DNA of 64,000 bases from assembly GCA_045863395.1 (NCBI GenBank), contig BTVJ01000001.1, positions 32,001 to 96,000 of the forward strand. Direction: 5' to 3'. The stretch comes from Myxococcales bacterium (GTDB taxonomy: Bacteria > Myxococcota_A > UBA9042 > JABWCM01 > BTVJ01). Below are positions 1-9,066 of this stretch, in pieces. The position numbers and the translations under genes are program-made. A model generated the notes under the pieces. That model had not been told where the DNA came from. It ran no database searches and saw nothing but the letters and a program-made list of their open reading frames with translations. How positions within the stretch are numbered: the first letter of the stretch is position 1; each line of letters opens with the position of its first letter.

Positions 1-1137
1 CAACGGAGGGGTCGACCGCCGAGAGAGGACGTCCGCGACCACGGGCGCCGCCACGAGGCACACGGGGAGACACAGGTGGAACACGAAGTGGTAGCCGTTG
101 ATGACCGGTGAGGTGTGGAGGAGCACGACGGCGAGGGTCCACGCGGCCAGGGCGAAGCGCCAGGGGTGGCCGTCCGCGACGAGGCGCTGCCACCCCGCCA
201 TGGCGCAGAAGAACAGACCGCCGAGGGTCGCCGGGTACCAGAACACCGACAGCGCGTTGAGCCCGAACACCCCCCCGGAGGCCTCCCGAAACACCGGGTC
301 GCCCATCTGCCACAGGGACACAGGGAGGAGCACGGTCACGGCGGCGACCAGGGGCGCCGCCAGCCGCACCGACTCCCGCCACGGGCCGCCGAACAGCATC
401 TGGACGACGGGCAGGGTCAGGAGCGCCCCGATGGCCACGATGGCCGAGTAGGGGTGGACCCAGTGGAGCAGCACGAGCAGGACCGCGACCGGCCATCGGG
501 CGCGGGGCTGCGGATCGAGGGCGCGCCCGAGCACCGCGAGGGTCAGGCAGAGCCCGGCAACCCAGAGGGGGTTATGGAGCGCCGTGAACCCGCTCCAGCC
601 GTTGAGGGTCGTCAGGTCGCCCGCCAGGAGCCGGTCGAGCTCCGGGGTGCGCCCCTCCAGCAGCCGGCGCACCAGCGGCTCCACTCCGCTGGCGAGCCCC
701 ACCAGCCAGACGGCGGCCGCCGGCGCACCGGCGTGCCCCGGGTGCACCCGCGCGGCCGTCCGCCACACCAGGACGAACAGCGCGGCCAGCAGGGGGACGC
801 GGGAGAGCTCCAGGACCCAGAGGGGCTCCAGGCCCGTGATCCCGCACACGACCCCGAGGAGCTGGTGGAACAGCAGCAGGAAGCGGCCATCCTGAGGCGC
901 GGTGGTGTAGGGATCGACCAGGAAGCCGAACCCTTCGGCAGCTTGCCGGATGAAGGCCTCGTAGGCGAGGAAGTCCTTGGCATTGTACCCGATGCCCAGC
1001 CAGGCGCGCCCCTCGGGGGCGTCGGACACCTGCACGGCCACGAACGGCACGGCGCGGAGGAGCCCCACCACGCACGTCGCCAGGGCCACGTGGACCCACA
1101 TCTGCGGACGCGCGCTCTGCATCGGGGAGCCGGGCAT
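1..1137 (-). CDS. Polytopic membrane protein, probably GT-C-type glycosyltransferase-like (3' end runs off the window)
   Basis: Not in the ORF track because there is no stop in the window. Manual translation from ATG 1137 gives MPGSPMQSARPQMWVHVALATCVVGLLRAVPF...YNAKDFLAYEAFIRQ...VDPYTTAPQDGRFLLLFH...HWVHPYSAIVA, with many hydrophobic helices. TTGCGC-N18-TACCAT lies just upstream. Confidence 0.6.
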   Translation of the reverse strand, partial: MPGSPMQSARPQMWVHVALATCVVGLLRAVPFVAVQVSDAPEGRAWLGIGYNAKDFLAYEAFIRQAAEGFGFLVDPYTTAPQDGRFLLLFHQLLGVVCGITGLEPLWVLELSRVPLLAALFVLVWRTAARVHPGHAGAPAAAVWLVGLASGVEPLVRRLLEGRTPELDRLLAGDLTTLNGWSGFTALHNPLWVAGLCLTLAVLGRALDPQPRARWPVAVLLVLLHWVHPYSAIVAIGALLTLPVVQMLFGGPWRESVRLAAPLVAAVTVLLPVSLWQMGDPVFREASGGVFGLNALSVFWYPATLGGLFFCAMAGWQRLVADGHPWRFALAAWTLAVVLLHTSPVINGYHFVFHLCLPVCLVAAPVVADVLSRRSTPPL

Positions 1138-1221
1138 CGCGCCATGGTAGCCGCAGGCCTCCGACGGGCGCAACGGCGTGGCGTCAGGCTCCGAGGTGGG
1201 CTGAGACGGGCGCCCCCATGC

Positions 1222-4200
1222 TCACCAGCACAGACAGCTCCCCATGGAGCAGTAGCCCCCATTGGGGCACTGGACCCAGCAGTCGATCGGCGTGCCGTAG
1301 CACCACCCGCCGCTGCACCAGTCCCCCTGGGTGCAGGGGTCACCGTCGTCGCACCAGCCTCCGCCGCTCGGGAACTGGCACCCCCCGTCGTAGCACTGGT
1401 CGTCCGTGCACGGGTTGCCGTCCCAGCACGTCCTGGGTGTGCCCGAGCAGCCACCGTTGGAGCAGGTGTCGCCCTCCGTGCACCCGTCACCGTCGTCGCA
1501 GCCCGCGCTGGAGGGTGGGTGCTCGCACCCGTTCCACCACGTGCAGTTGTCCTCCGTGCATGGGTTGCCGTCGTTGCAGGCTACGGCGCCCCCCCCGGCG
1601 CATCCGCCGCCCTGGCAGTGGTCGCTGTGGGTGCAGGCGTCGCCGTCGTTGCACGAGGCGCTGTTGTTGGAGTGCTTGCAGCCGTTGGCGCACCAGTCGT
1701 CGGTGCAGGCGTTGCCGTCGTCGCACGAGTCCCACGCGCCCCCGACGCACCACCCGCCGCTGCACCCGTCCCCCAGGGTGCAGGGGTCGCCGTCGTCGCA
1801 CCACCCGGACGTGGGCACGTGGGTGCACCCTCCAGAGCAGCCGTCGAGGGTGCAGGGGTTGCCGTCGTTGCAGTTCTTCTGCGCGCCCCCGACGCAGCCC
1901 CCACCTGAGCAGGTGTCCCCCTCGGTGCAGGGGTTCCCGTCGTCGCAGCCCCCGGGGGTCGGCGAGTAGACGCAGCCGACGCCGCCATCGCACCAGTCGA
2001 CGGTGCAGACGTTCCCGTCGTTGCAGGCCACCTGCTGGCCGCCGCCACAGCTCCCGCCCTGGCAGGACTCACCGGTCGTACAGGCGTTGCCGTCGTTGCA
2101 CCCGCCCGACGCTGGGTTGTGGGCGCACATGGAGGCAAACCCGATGCAGTAGTCGTCGGTGCAGGGGTTGCCGTCGTTGCACGTGTGGGGCGTCCCCGTG
2201 CACCAGCCGCCCGAGCACGAGTCGTTGAGGGTGCAGAAGTTGTAGTCGTCGCAGGGACCCGAGATCGTGGCGTGGGTGCACCCCTGGGGCGTGCACTCGT
2301 CCTTGGTGCACTGGTTGTAGTCGTTGCAGGAGCCGTCGCCCTGGCCCACGCAGACCCCGCCCTGGCACGTCCCCGGCGCGGTGCACGGGTTGCCGTCGTC
2401 GCAGGACCCAGACGCCCACCCGTAGGTGCAGCCGCTGCTGGGGCTGCACCCGTCGGTCGTGCACGGGTTGCCGTCGTTGCAGCTCGGGGGAGGCCCGCCT
2501 TGACACCACCCGCCGCTGCAGACGTCGCCTACGGTGCAGGCGTTGCCGTCGTCACAGATCGCGCTCACCGGGGTGTGCTGGCAGCCGGTGGGGTGGTTGC
2601 ACCAGCCCTCGGTGCAGGGGTTCCCGTCATCGCACCAGGGCTCCCAGCCGCCGGTGCAGACGCCGCCCTGGCACGCCTCGCCCACCGTGCAGGCGTCTCC
2701 GTCGGAGCAGGCGGTCCCGTTGGGGACCGGTGCGGGCACGCAGAGCCCCGTCGCAGGGACGCAGGTGATCGCCTTGCAGGCGTCGCCAGACGGAGGGCAC
2801 GCCACCGCCGTCCCCGGCGCCACCTTGCAGGTGCCGCCCACGCACTGGGCCTTGTCGTTGCACAGGTTGCCGTCCGTCTCGCAGTCCGCGTCCCCCTGGC
2901 ACGGGCACGGCGCAGGCGTGCCGGCGCACACGCCCCCGGCGCACGTGTCGCCGGCCGTACACGGGTCGCCGTCGTCGCAGGCAGCGGTCGACGGTGTCGC
3001 CGTGCAGCCGGTCGCGGGGGAGCACCCGTCCACGGTGCAGGGGTTGCCGTCGTCGCAGGGCACGGGCGTGCCCGCGCACCCTCCCGCCGTACAGGTGTCG
3101 TTGGCCGTGCAGGCGCTCCCGTCGTCGCAGGGCCCGGAGACCGCGGCGTGGGTGCACCCGGTCGCCGGAGCACAGCCGTCGGTCGTGCAGGGATCGCCGT
3201 CGTCGCAAGCGGCCACGGCCCCCGCCGCGCACTGCCCGCCGGAGCAGGCGTCGCCCACCGTGCAGGCGTTCCCGTCGTCGCACGGCGCCTCTTTAGGGCT
3301 GTTGGTGCAGCCCACGCCGGGCACGCAGGTGTCCACCGTGCAAGGGTTGGCGTCGTCGCAGCCCAGCGCGACGCCCACGCAAGCCCCGGCGGAGCAGCCG
3401 TCGCCCACGGTGCAGGGGTTGCCGTCGTCACAGGGGCCCGGCGCTGGGAGGTGGGTGCACCCCACGGCGGGAGCGCAGCCGTCGAGCGTACACGGGTTGC
3501 CGTCGTCGCAGGGGAGCGCCCCGCCCGCGCACCCGCCCTCGACACAGACGTCGTCCACGGTGCAGGGGTCCCCGTCGTCGCAGGGGGGGCCGGTCAGCGG
3601 CGCGGGCTCGCAGGTTCCGGTTCCTGGGGCGCAAACCGGCTTGACGCAGGGATTGCCCCCCTTCGGGCAGGCGACGACGCTCCCGGGCGCCACGACACAG
3701 ACCCCCCCGGTGCAGACCAGTGCTCCGTTGCACGGGTCGCCGTCGTCGTGGAGTGCGCAGTCCTCGTCCACGCTGCACCCGCAGGAGCCCGCACCCTCGC
3801 AGGCACCCGCGACGCACTGGTCGTCCAAGGTGCACGGGTTGCCGTCGTCGCAGGGGCCATCCGCAGGAGCGTGGACACAGCCCGTCAGGGGGTCGCAGGC
3901 ATCCGCGGTGCACGGGTCCCCGTCATCGCACGACGGCGGCGGACCGCCCGCGCAGACGCCCTGGAAGCAGATGTCGAAGGCCGTGCACGGGTCGCCGTCC
4001 TCGCACGACGGCCCCGAGGCAGGCGCGTGGACGCACCCATCTGCACCGCACTGGTCGTGGGTACAGGGGTCGCCGTCGTCGCAGTCCGAGTCGACGCTGC
4101 ACGCGCCCGGTCCCCCGTCCGCCCCGTCCGCCCCGTCCGCGCCGTCCGCGCCGTCGGGCTCCTCCGCCGCGTCGAGCGGCCCCGCGCCGTCCCCGACGTC

Positions 4201-4680
4201 CCACACGTGGGCGCCATCCTCCGCGTCCTCCGCGTCCCACATCCCCCCCGCGTCCCACACGTCCGGGACCCACGAGTCCGCGTCCCACCCGTCGCTCCCG
4301 TCGTCGACGCCCGCGTCCTCGGCGGTGTCCCACGGGACGTCCGGTACCAGCACGTCGCCTGGGACGTCGGCGACCCCACCGTCCGTCACCCCGCCGGGAC
4401 CCGCGTCCAGACCCACGTCCGGGAGGTGCGCCGTGGACCCATCGAGGCCATCACTCGACTTCGAGTCCTCCCCCCCGATGCCGGCCACGTCGCCCGCGTC
4501 GCCGCTCCAGGCGTCGCCCCCAGCCACGGGCACGCACACGCCGACCGCCTCCCCCGGGGCGCGCTCGCACCGCCACCCGTCGCCGCAGGAGGCGCCCTCG
4601 CTGCATGCGTAGGTCCAGCCGTCCACGTCGACGGGCGCACATGCCGCCAGTGGGAAGAGCAACAACAGTGCGCTGCGCAT
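1222..4680 (-). CDS. Large Cys-rich repeat lipoprotein (tandem CDDGN/DPCT repeats)
   Basis: Lipobox LAAC at the N-terminus, acidic D/A/G linker, then roughly 30 C-D/N-D-G-N/D-P/A-C-T repeats. GGGAGG SD upstream. Confidence 0.85.
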   Translation of the reverse strand: MRSALLLLFPLAACAPVDVDGWTYACSEGASCGDGWRCERAPGEAVGVCVPVAGGDAWSGDAGDVAGIGGEDSKSSDGLDGSTAHLPDVGLDAGPGGVTDGGVADVPGDVLVPDVPWDTAEDAGVDDGSDGWDADSWVPDVWDAGGMWDAEDAEDGAHVWDVGDGAGPLDAAEEPDGADGADGADGADGGPGACSVDSDCDDGDPCTHDQCGADGCVHAPASGPSCEDGDPCTAFDICFQGVCAGGPPPSCDDGDPCTADACDPLTGCVHAPADGPCDDGNPCTLDDQCVAGACEGAGSCGCSVDEDCALHDDGDPCNGALVCTGGVCVVAPGSVVACPKGGNPCVKPVCAPGTGTCEPAPLTGPPCDDGDPCTVDDVCVEGGCAGGALPCDDGNPCTLDGCAPAVGCTHLPAPGPCDDGNPCTVGDGCSAGACVGVALGCDDANPCTVDTCVPGVGCTNSPKEAPCDDGNACTVGDACSGGQCAAGAVAACDDGDPCTTDGCAPATGCTHAAVSGPCDDGSACTANDTCTAGGCAGTPVPCDDGNPCTVDGCSPATGCTATPSTAACDDGDPCTAGDTCAGGVCAGTPAPCPCQGDADCETDGNLCNDKAQCVGGTCKVAPGTAVACPPSGDACKAITCVPATGLCVPAPVPNGTACSDGDACTVGEACQGGVCTGGWEPWCDDGNPCTEGWCNHPTGCQHTPVSAICDDGNACTVGDVCSGGWCQGGPPPSCNDGNPCTTDGCSPSSGCTYGWASGSCDDGNPCTAPGTCQGGVCVGQGDGSCNDYNQCTKDECTPQGCTHATISGPCDDYNFCTLNDSCSGGWCTGTPHTCNDGNPCTDDYCIGFASMCAHNPASGGCNDGNACTTGESCQGGSCGGGQQVACNDGNVCTVDWCDGGVGCVYSPTPGGCDDGNPCTEGDTCSGGGCVGGAQKNCNDGNPCTLDGCSGGCTHVPTSGWCDDGDPCTLGDGCSGGWCVGGAWDSCDDGNACTDDWCANGCKHSNNSASCNDGDACTHSDHCQGGGCAGGGAVACNDGNPCTEDNCTWWNGCEHPPSSAGCDDGDGCTEGDTCSNGGCSGTPRTCWDGNPCTDDQCYDGGCQFPSGGGWCDDGDPCTQGDWCSGGWCYGTPIDCWVQCPNGGYCSMGSCLCW

Positions 4681-4887
4681 GGTCAGAACCTCCCTTCGAC
4701 GGCTGCGCCGCCGGGCCAGGCCAGCAGCGGCGGGGTCGCCTCCAGCCCGGGCGCGCCATCGAGGAGCAGCACCGAGAGTAGCCCAGGGTGCCGCCCCGGG
4801 GCGCCTGCGGACGCTAGCAGAGGCCCGACGGGGACGCCAGAGTGAGCGACAGCGAGCGGTTTCCGCGAGGATGGCCCATCGGAAGCG

Positions 4888-6600
4888 TCACGAGGTCAGG
4901 GGAAAGGCCCGGCGCCGGAGCTCCTCCTCGTCGAAGCGGTGGGGGGACGGCCCCCGGTCGACGGAGCGGCGAGCAGGAGGGACGAGCAGGTCCGCAGCGA
5001 GCCGGTCGAGGACCGTCTGGGTGGCGGCGAGGCTCCACTGGCCGAACAGCGTGCTGCCCCCCTCGTAGCACTGGGCGACGTACTCCTCGGCCGTGGTCGT
5101 GTACCCCGCATAGGCGTTGGCATAACCAGCGACCACCACGTCGGTCACGCCGGCCGGGGCGAGCCGCGCCAGCGCCGTGGCCTCCAGGCGGAGCCCGGCC
5201 ACGGTGGTCGGCTCCCCCTGCACGCCGACGATGACCACGGGCCCGAGCCGCAGGGCCTGCACCGGCAGGATGGTCGGGGTGAACGGGTGCTCGCCGATGG
5301 CGCCGCGGGCCGTCAGCGTCCGGAAGTACCACACCCCGCGGTCGAGCCACGGCGGCAGCGGGGGGTTGGCCAGGGAGAACAGGTGAAACGCGGTCGCGTC
5401 GGGCCCCCGGCCCGTGTCGGCGAAGAACGCCTTGTTGCGGTGGGTCTCCCAGCCGTCGTAGCGCCCACCCGTGAGCCGACTCAAGGCGCCACGCACACGC
5501 CGCACCGCCCCCGCGAGCGTGTTGAGCGCGCCGACGGTCCGGCGCCAGGGGAACAGGGGCCCCCAGCCCTCGGCGGTGCCCATGACCATGCTCAGGCCCA
5601 CCGCGGCGCCGCTCGTGCGCCCCTCCCTCCCGCCCGTGAAGGTCGGGTCGACCTCCATGCGCTCGAAGTCCGCGTACAGGATCGCTGCGTCGAGCCCCTC
5701 CAGCGAGGCCCCCCGCGCGGCCGCCTCCATCAAGTCCAGGGCGCACCGCGCCTGGAGGGCGCCGTTGTGCTCCGCGCTCGCGACGTCGTCGTCGAGGGCC
5801 CCGATCATCAGCTTCCGCGCCCGATCCCAGCGGAAGTTCGGGCTCACGTCCCCCGCGGCTCCCTGCGCGAAGATCGCCACGAAGTCCGGGTCCCCGGACT
5901 CCGCCTCTACCAACGTGGCCGCGCAGCCCTTGTTGTCGGGGTGGATCAGCGACCAGGAGCTGTGCACGCTCGTCCCGTGCACCGCGAAGAAGCTCGCGAG
6001 CCCGAGGGGCCGCCCGGTCGCGTCCTCGAAGCGCAGCAGGCTCATGCGCCGGTCGGTGGCCCGCCCGCGGTCCTCCCAGGTGACGGGCTCCACCTCGGGG
6101 TTCCGGTTGTAGGCGGACGGCGAGCGGTTGAAGGCCACCGGGCCATCCACGGTGCCGCGCGCCCACCGGACCCGCCCGGGCACCCGCCCCTCGTCGGCCT
6201 GGATCAGGGCCTTCAGCACGCCAGCGATGATCGTGTCGCGCACCTCGGCGCAGAAGCCCGGGACGGACGCATTGTAGAAGACGAAGTGGCTGTACCCGCC
6301 GGGGGCGCTGTGGGTGTGGGTCGCCACCAGCATCAGGTTGGCCTCGCCGAAACCGCGCTGGGCATGCTCGGCCGCGAGCGCGTCGAGCACCCCCTGGCGG
6401 ATGGACTGGGTGATGCCCCACAGATCGCAGCACACCAGGGCGATCTTCCCGCCGGTCGCCGGGTCGCGCACGACGAAGGCCCGCGCGAACAGCGGCGCAG
6501 CCACGCCGTCCGCCTTCTGCTCGTGCAGCCCCCAGCCCATCAGCCCGATGCCGGGCACGGTGCAGGTGATGTCCGCGCGCCCCACTCCGATCTCGAGCAT
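4888..6600 (-). CDS. Neutral/alkaline non-lysosomal ceramidase family protein
   Basis: Motifs GVGRADIT, ARAFVV, ATHTHSAPGGY, FAVHGTS, AQGAAGDVSPN, GEPTTVAG and YAGYTTTAEEY..QCYEGGSTLFG. Start moved to ATG 6600 because of the GGAGG SD. Confidence 0.88.
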   Translation of the reverse strand: MLEIGVGRADITCTVPGIGLMGWGLHEQKADGVAAPLFARAFVVRDPATGGKIALVCCDLWGITQSIRQGVLDALAAEHAQRGFGEANLMLVATHTHSAPGGYSHFVFYNASVPGFCAEVRDTIIAGVLKALIQADEGRVPGRVRWARGTVDGPVAFNRSPSAYNRNPEVEPVTWEDRGRATDRRMSLLRFEDATGRPLGLASFFAVHGTSVHSSWSLIHPDNKGCAATLVEAESGDPDFVAIFAQGAAGDVSPNFRWDRARKLMIGALDDDVASAEHNGALQARCALDLMEAAARGASLEGLDAAILYADFERMEVDPTFTGGREGRTSGAAVGLSMVMGTAEGWGPLFPWRRTVGALNTLAGAVRRVRGALSRLTGGRYDGWETHRNKAFFADTGRGPDATAFHLFSLANPPLPPWLDRGVWYFRTLTARGAIGEHPFTPTILPVQALRLGPVVIVGVQGEPTTVAGLRLEATALARLAPAGVTDVVVAGYANAYAGYTTTAEEYVAQCYEGGSTLFGQWSLAATQTVLDRLAADLLVPPARRSVDRGPSPHRFDEEELRRRAFPLTS

Positions 6601-6805
6601 GTGTCCTCCGAGGAGCCCCGACGCCATGCCTGGCGGGCGCCAGGCCGCCGGGCGGACGGAGGATTGTTCCATACAGTCGGCCAGTTACGCAACCGTGTCA
6701 CAAGAGGGGAGACAGACGGGCGCCGCTCCGTCATACTCGCCCCCGCAACGATTGCAGGAGCCCGTCAGCCGGAGCGCGCCCCGAGGCGTCCTCCGAGGAG
6801 GAGAT

Positions 6806-9061
6806 ATGGAGGAGCCGACCGCAGCGCCCAACACCGTCGCCGGGCGCCCGGTGCAGCGGGTGCCGTTCCCGCTGGTCGTCGACTTCGGCACGTCGAGCAC
6901 CCTGGCGTGCACCGCGCGAGGCGCCCACGACATGGGGCCGCGCACCTTCCCCGAGGACGGACCCGAGCCGTCGCTGCTGCTCTTCGAGAGCGTCGCAGAC
7001 CCGGCCGCCCCCCGGTTCACGGTGGGCCAGAACGCCCGGGCGCGGGCCTTCGCGTACCCGAGGGCCACGGTGCCGTCGGTCAAGAAGCTGCTCGGACGGC
7101 CGGAGCCTTGCCACGTCGTCGCCATCGACGGCACCGAGGCCGACTTCAGCCCCGACGACATCGCGCGGATGTTCCTCTCCTCCTTCCTGGAGGACGCGAT
7201 CATCCACCTGGGTTGGTGGCCCGATGGGGTGGTCTGCACCTGGCCGCGCAGCTTCAGCCCCTCGCAGTTGACCCGACTCCGGACGCTGGTCGAGGAGGTC
7301 ATGACGACGCTGGCCGCGCGGAACGGGATCGACCAGGTCCCCGCCGTCGAGGCGCCCTTCGATGAGGCCAACGCCTCTGCGCTCTACTGCCTCACGGCCA
7401 TGCTCGACGAGGTCGCCGCAGGCGGCGGCGCCACCCTGCAAGCCCTGGACGGCCGGTCCATCGTCGCCTTCGACGTGGGCGGAGGCACGACGGACTCGAT
7501 GCGCCTGTCTGTCGCGGTGCTGGAGGGCGCGCTACAGACGCTGCCGTCCATCCACACGCGGGTCGACGCCCTGGGCGGCGACTTCGCGTTCGGTGGCGAC
7601 ATGATCACCAGCGCGGTCGTGCGCGTCCTGGAGGAGGCGCTCCGGCGAAACCTGGAGGCCGTCGCGTCCGTGCCCACGGCGGCCGAGGACGGTGATGGCT
7701 GGAGGGCCAACTTCTTCGCCCTGTTCCGCGTGGCGGAGAGCATCAAGGCGCGCCTGTCGGCGGGGGCACGGTTGGTGCTCATCCGGGACGTGCTCTCGGA
7801 GCTGCCGGGCCCCATCCGCGTGATCATGAAGGGCGAGGAGCCGCGGGAGGAGAGCTTCGACGCCGCGCGCCTGTCCGCTGCGGTCGCCGACGTCGCCGTC
7901 GCGCGCGACGACGTGGACGCCCTCGTGCGGCCCGCCATCGAGCGCAACGTGGAGGGCCTCGCCCGGCTGTGCGCCGAGCGCCGTGCGGACGTGCTGGTGC
8001 TCGCGGGCAACGGCGTCCAGTACCCCCTCTACCTGGAGCTCATCGAGGCGCGCCGCGCCGACCTGATCGAGCCCAAGGGGCGCATCGTCTCCTCGCAGGG
8101 GGGCGGCAAGCAGCTCGTCGCCACGGGCGCCTGGCGGGCGCTGGTCAACAACCTGGACGCCTTCCGCCTCGCGGACCTCCGCGCGGCCACGGCCACGGCG
8201 GTCTCCAACGGCGACTACTACTTCCTGACGACGACGGGGCGCATCGCGCACATCCCCGGGCTGCGCCAGCCCTTCATCCGCGCCGGAGAGGCCATCGACC
8301 CGGACCGGGGGCTCACCTACGACACGGGCCAGGAGGATCCGCCCGTGCGCATCCCGCTGGGGGCCTTCGTGGTCGGGCGTCGCCAGCGAGGTCAGGCCGA
8401 GACGGAGCCTCCCCAGCCCATCCAGATGTTCTACCCGGCGGGCCCGGTGCCCCCGAAGGTCAACGGCGCTCGGCCGCGCCCGACCCCTGCCCCTTCCGAG
8501 CGCGACACCCAGTGGGCGGAGGTCAAGGACACGATCCGGGTCACCTGGTCGGACTTCAACGAGGCCATCGGCGCCCTGTCCCATACCCAGAAGGCCGTGG
8601 ACGCCCCCATCGTGCGGTCCCTGGTCGACTGGTGGTCGGATCCGCCGGACCTGAGCCACGACGCGGAGCCCGCGCTGCTCGCCGCCTGCCACACCTGGCT
8701 CCGGCGCATGATGGACGCGTGGACGACCATCGGCCGGCTCAAGGAGACGCGGCGCTTCCGCTACCGGAAGGTGCGGCTCCGGCCGGGGCTGGCCGAGACC
8801 CTCCGGCGGTGCGTGGACCAGGTGGACCGTCTGGCGACGACGGCCACCGCTCAGGCGCCGCCCCGCGAGGCAGCCCCCGTCAACGGCGCGAGCCACGGCG
8901 CAGTGTTCTGCGAGGTCCGGCTCGGCGCGGACCTGTCCATCCAGGCGCGCTACCTGGGCGACGGGTTCACCATCGAGGCGCTGACCACCGGCGCGCCCGC
9001 CCGCTTCTATGAGGCGGCGTCGGTGTTCGACGTGGGGACCGCGCCGTTCGGCAGGGGGTAG
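6806..9061 (+). CDS. Divergent Hsp70/actin-fold ATPase (non-canonical Hsp70 family)
   Basis: Phosphate-1 VVDFGTSST, connect motif FDEANASA, phosphate-2 FDVGGGTTD, GGDMIT, AESIKARLS and LVLAGNGVQYP. SD GGAGGAG precedes ATG 6806. Confidence 0.75.
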   Translation: MEEPTAAPNTVAGRPVQRVPFPLVVDFGTSSTLACTARGAHDMGPRTFPEDGPEPSLLLFESVADPAAPRFTVGQNARARAFAYPRATVPSVKKLLGRPEPCHVVAIDGTEADFSPDDIARMFLSSFLEDAIIHLGWWPDGVVCTWPRSFSPSQLTRLRTLVEEVMTTLAARNGIDQVPAVEAPFDEANASALYCLTAMLDEVAAGGGATLQALDGRSIVAFDVGGGTTDSMRLSVAVLEGALQTLPSIHTRVDALGGDFAFGGDMITSAVVRVLEEALRRNLEAVASVPTAAEDGDGWRANFFALFRVAESIKARLSAGARLVLIRDVLSELPGPIRVIMKGEEPREESFDAARLSAAVADVAVARDDVDALVRPAIERNVEGLARLCAERRADVLVLAGNGVQYPLYLELIEARRADLIEPKGRIVSSQGGGKQLVATGAWRALVNNLDAFRLADLRAATATAVSNGDYYFLTTTGRIAHIPGLRQPFIRAGEAIDPDRGLTYDTGQEDPPVRIPLGAFVVGRRQRGQAETEPPQPIQMFYPAGPVPPKVNGARPRPTPAPSERDTQWAEVKDTIRVTWSDFNEAIGALSHTQKAVDAPIVRSLVDWWSDPPDLSHDAEPALLAACHTWLRRMMDAWTTIGRLKETRRFRYRKVRLRPGLAETLRRCVDQVDRLATTATAQAPPREAAPVNGASHGAVFCEVRLGADLSIQARYLGDGFTIEALTTGAPARFYEAASVFDVGTAPFGRG

Positions 9062-9066
9062 GCGCC

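Noticed and set aside
1290..4090. Regularly spaced DNA repeats (GTGCAGGGGTTGCCGTCGTCGCA-like) resembling a CRISPR array; also at 61950-64000
   Set aside because: They are the coding CDDGNPCT repeats. They vary at synonymous positions and stay in frame, and no cas genes are present.
115..4845. Long plus-strand ORFs (115-1908, 2119-4845, 2534-4612) and similar long antisense ORFs elsewhere (e.g. 52258-55449, 32761-35121)
   Set aside because: These are shadow frames of GC-rich genes. They are Arg/Ala/Pro-rich, carry no motifs and lie opposite well-supported CDSs.
6806..9061. Canonical dnaK
   Set aside because: It lacks GIDLGTTNS, TVPAYF and a recognisable substrate-binding domain. Only the ATPase-fold motifs are retained.
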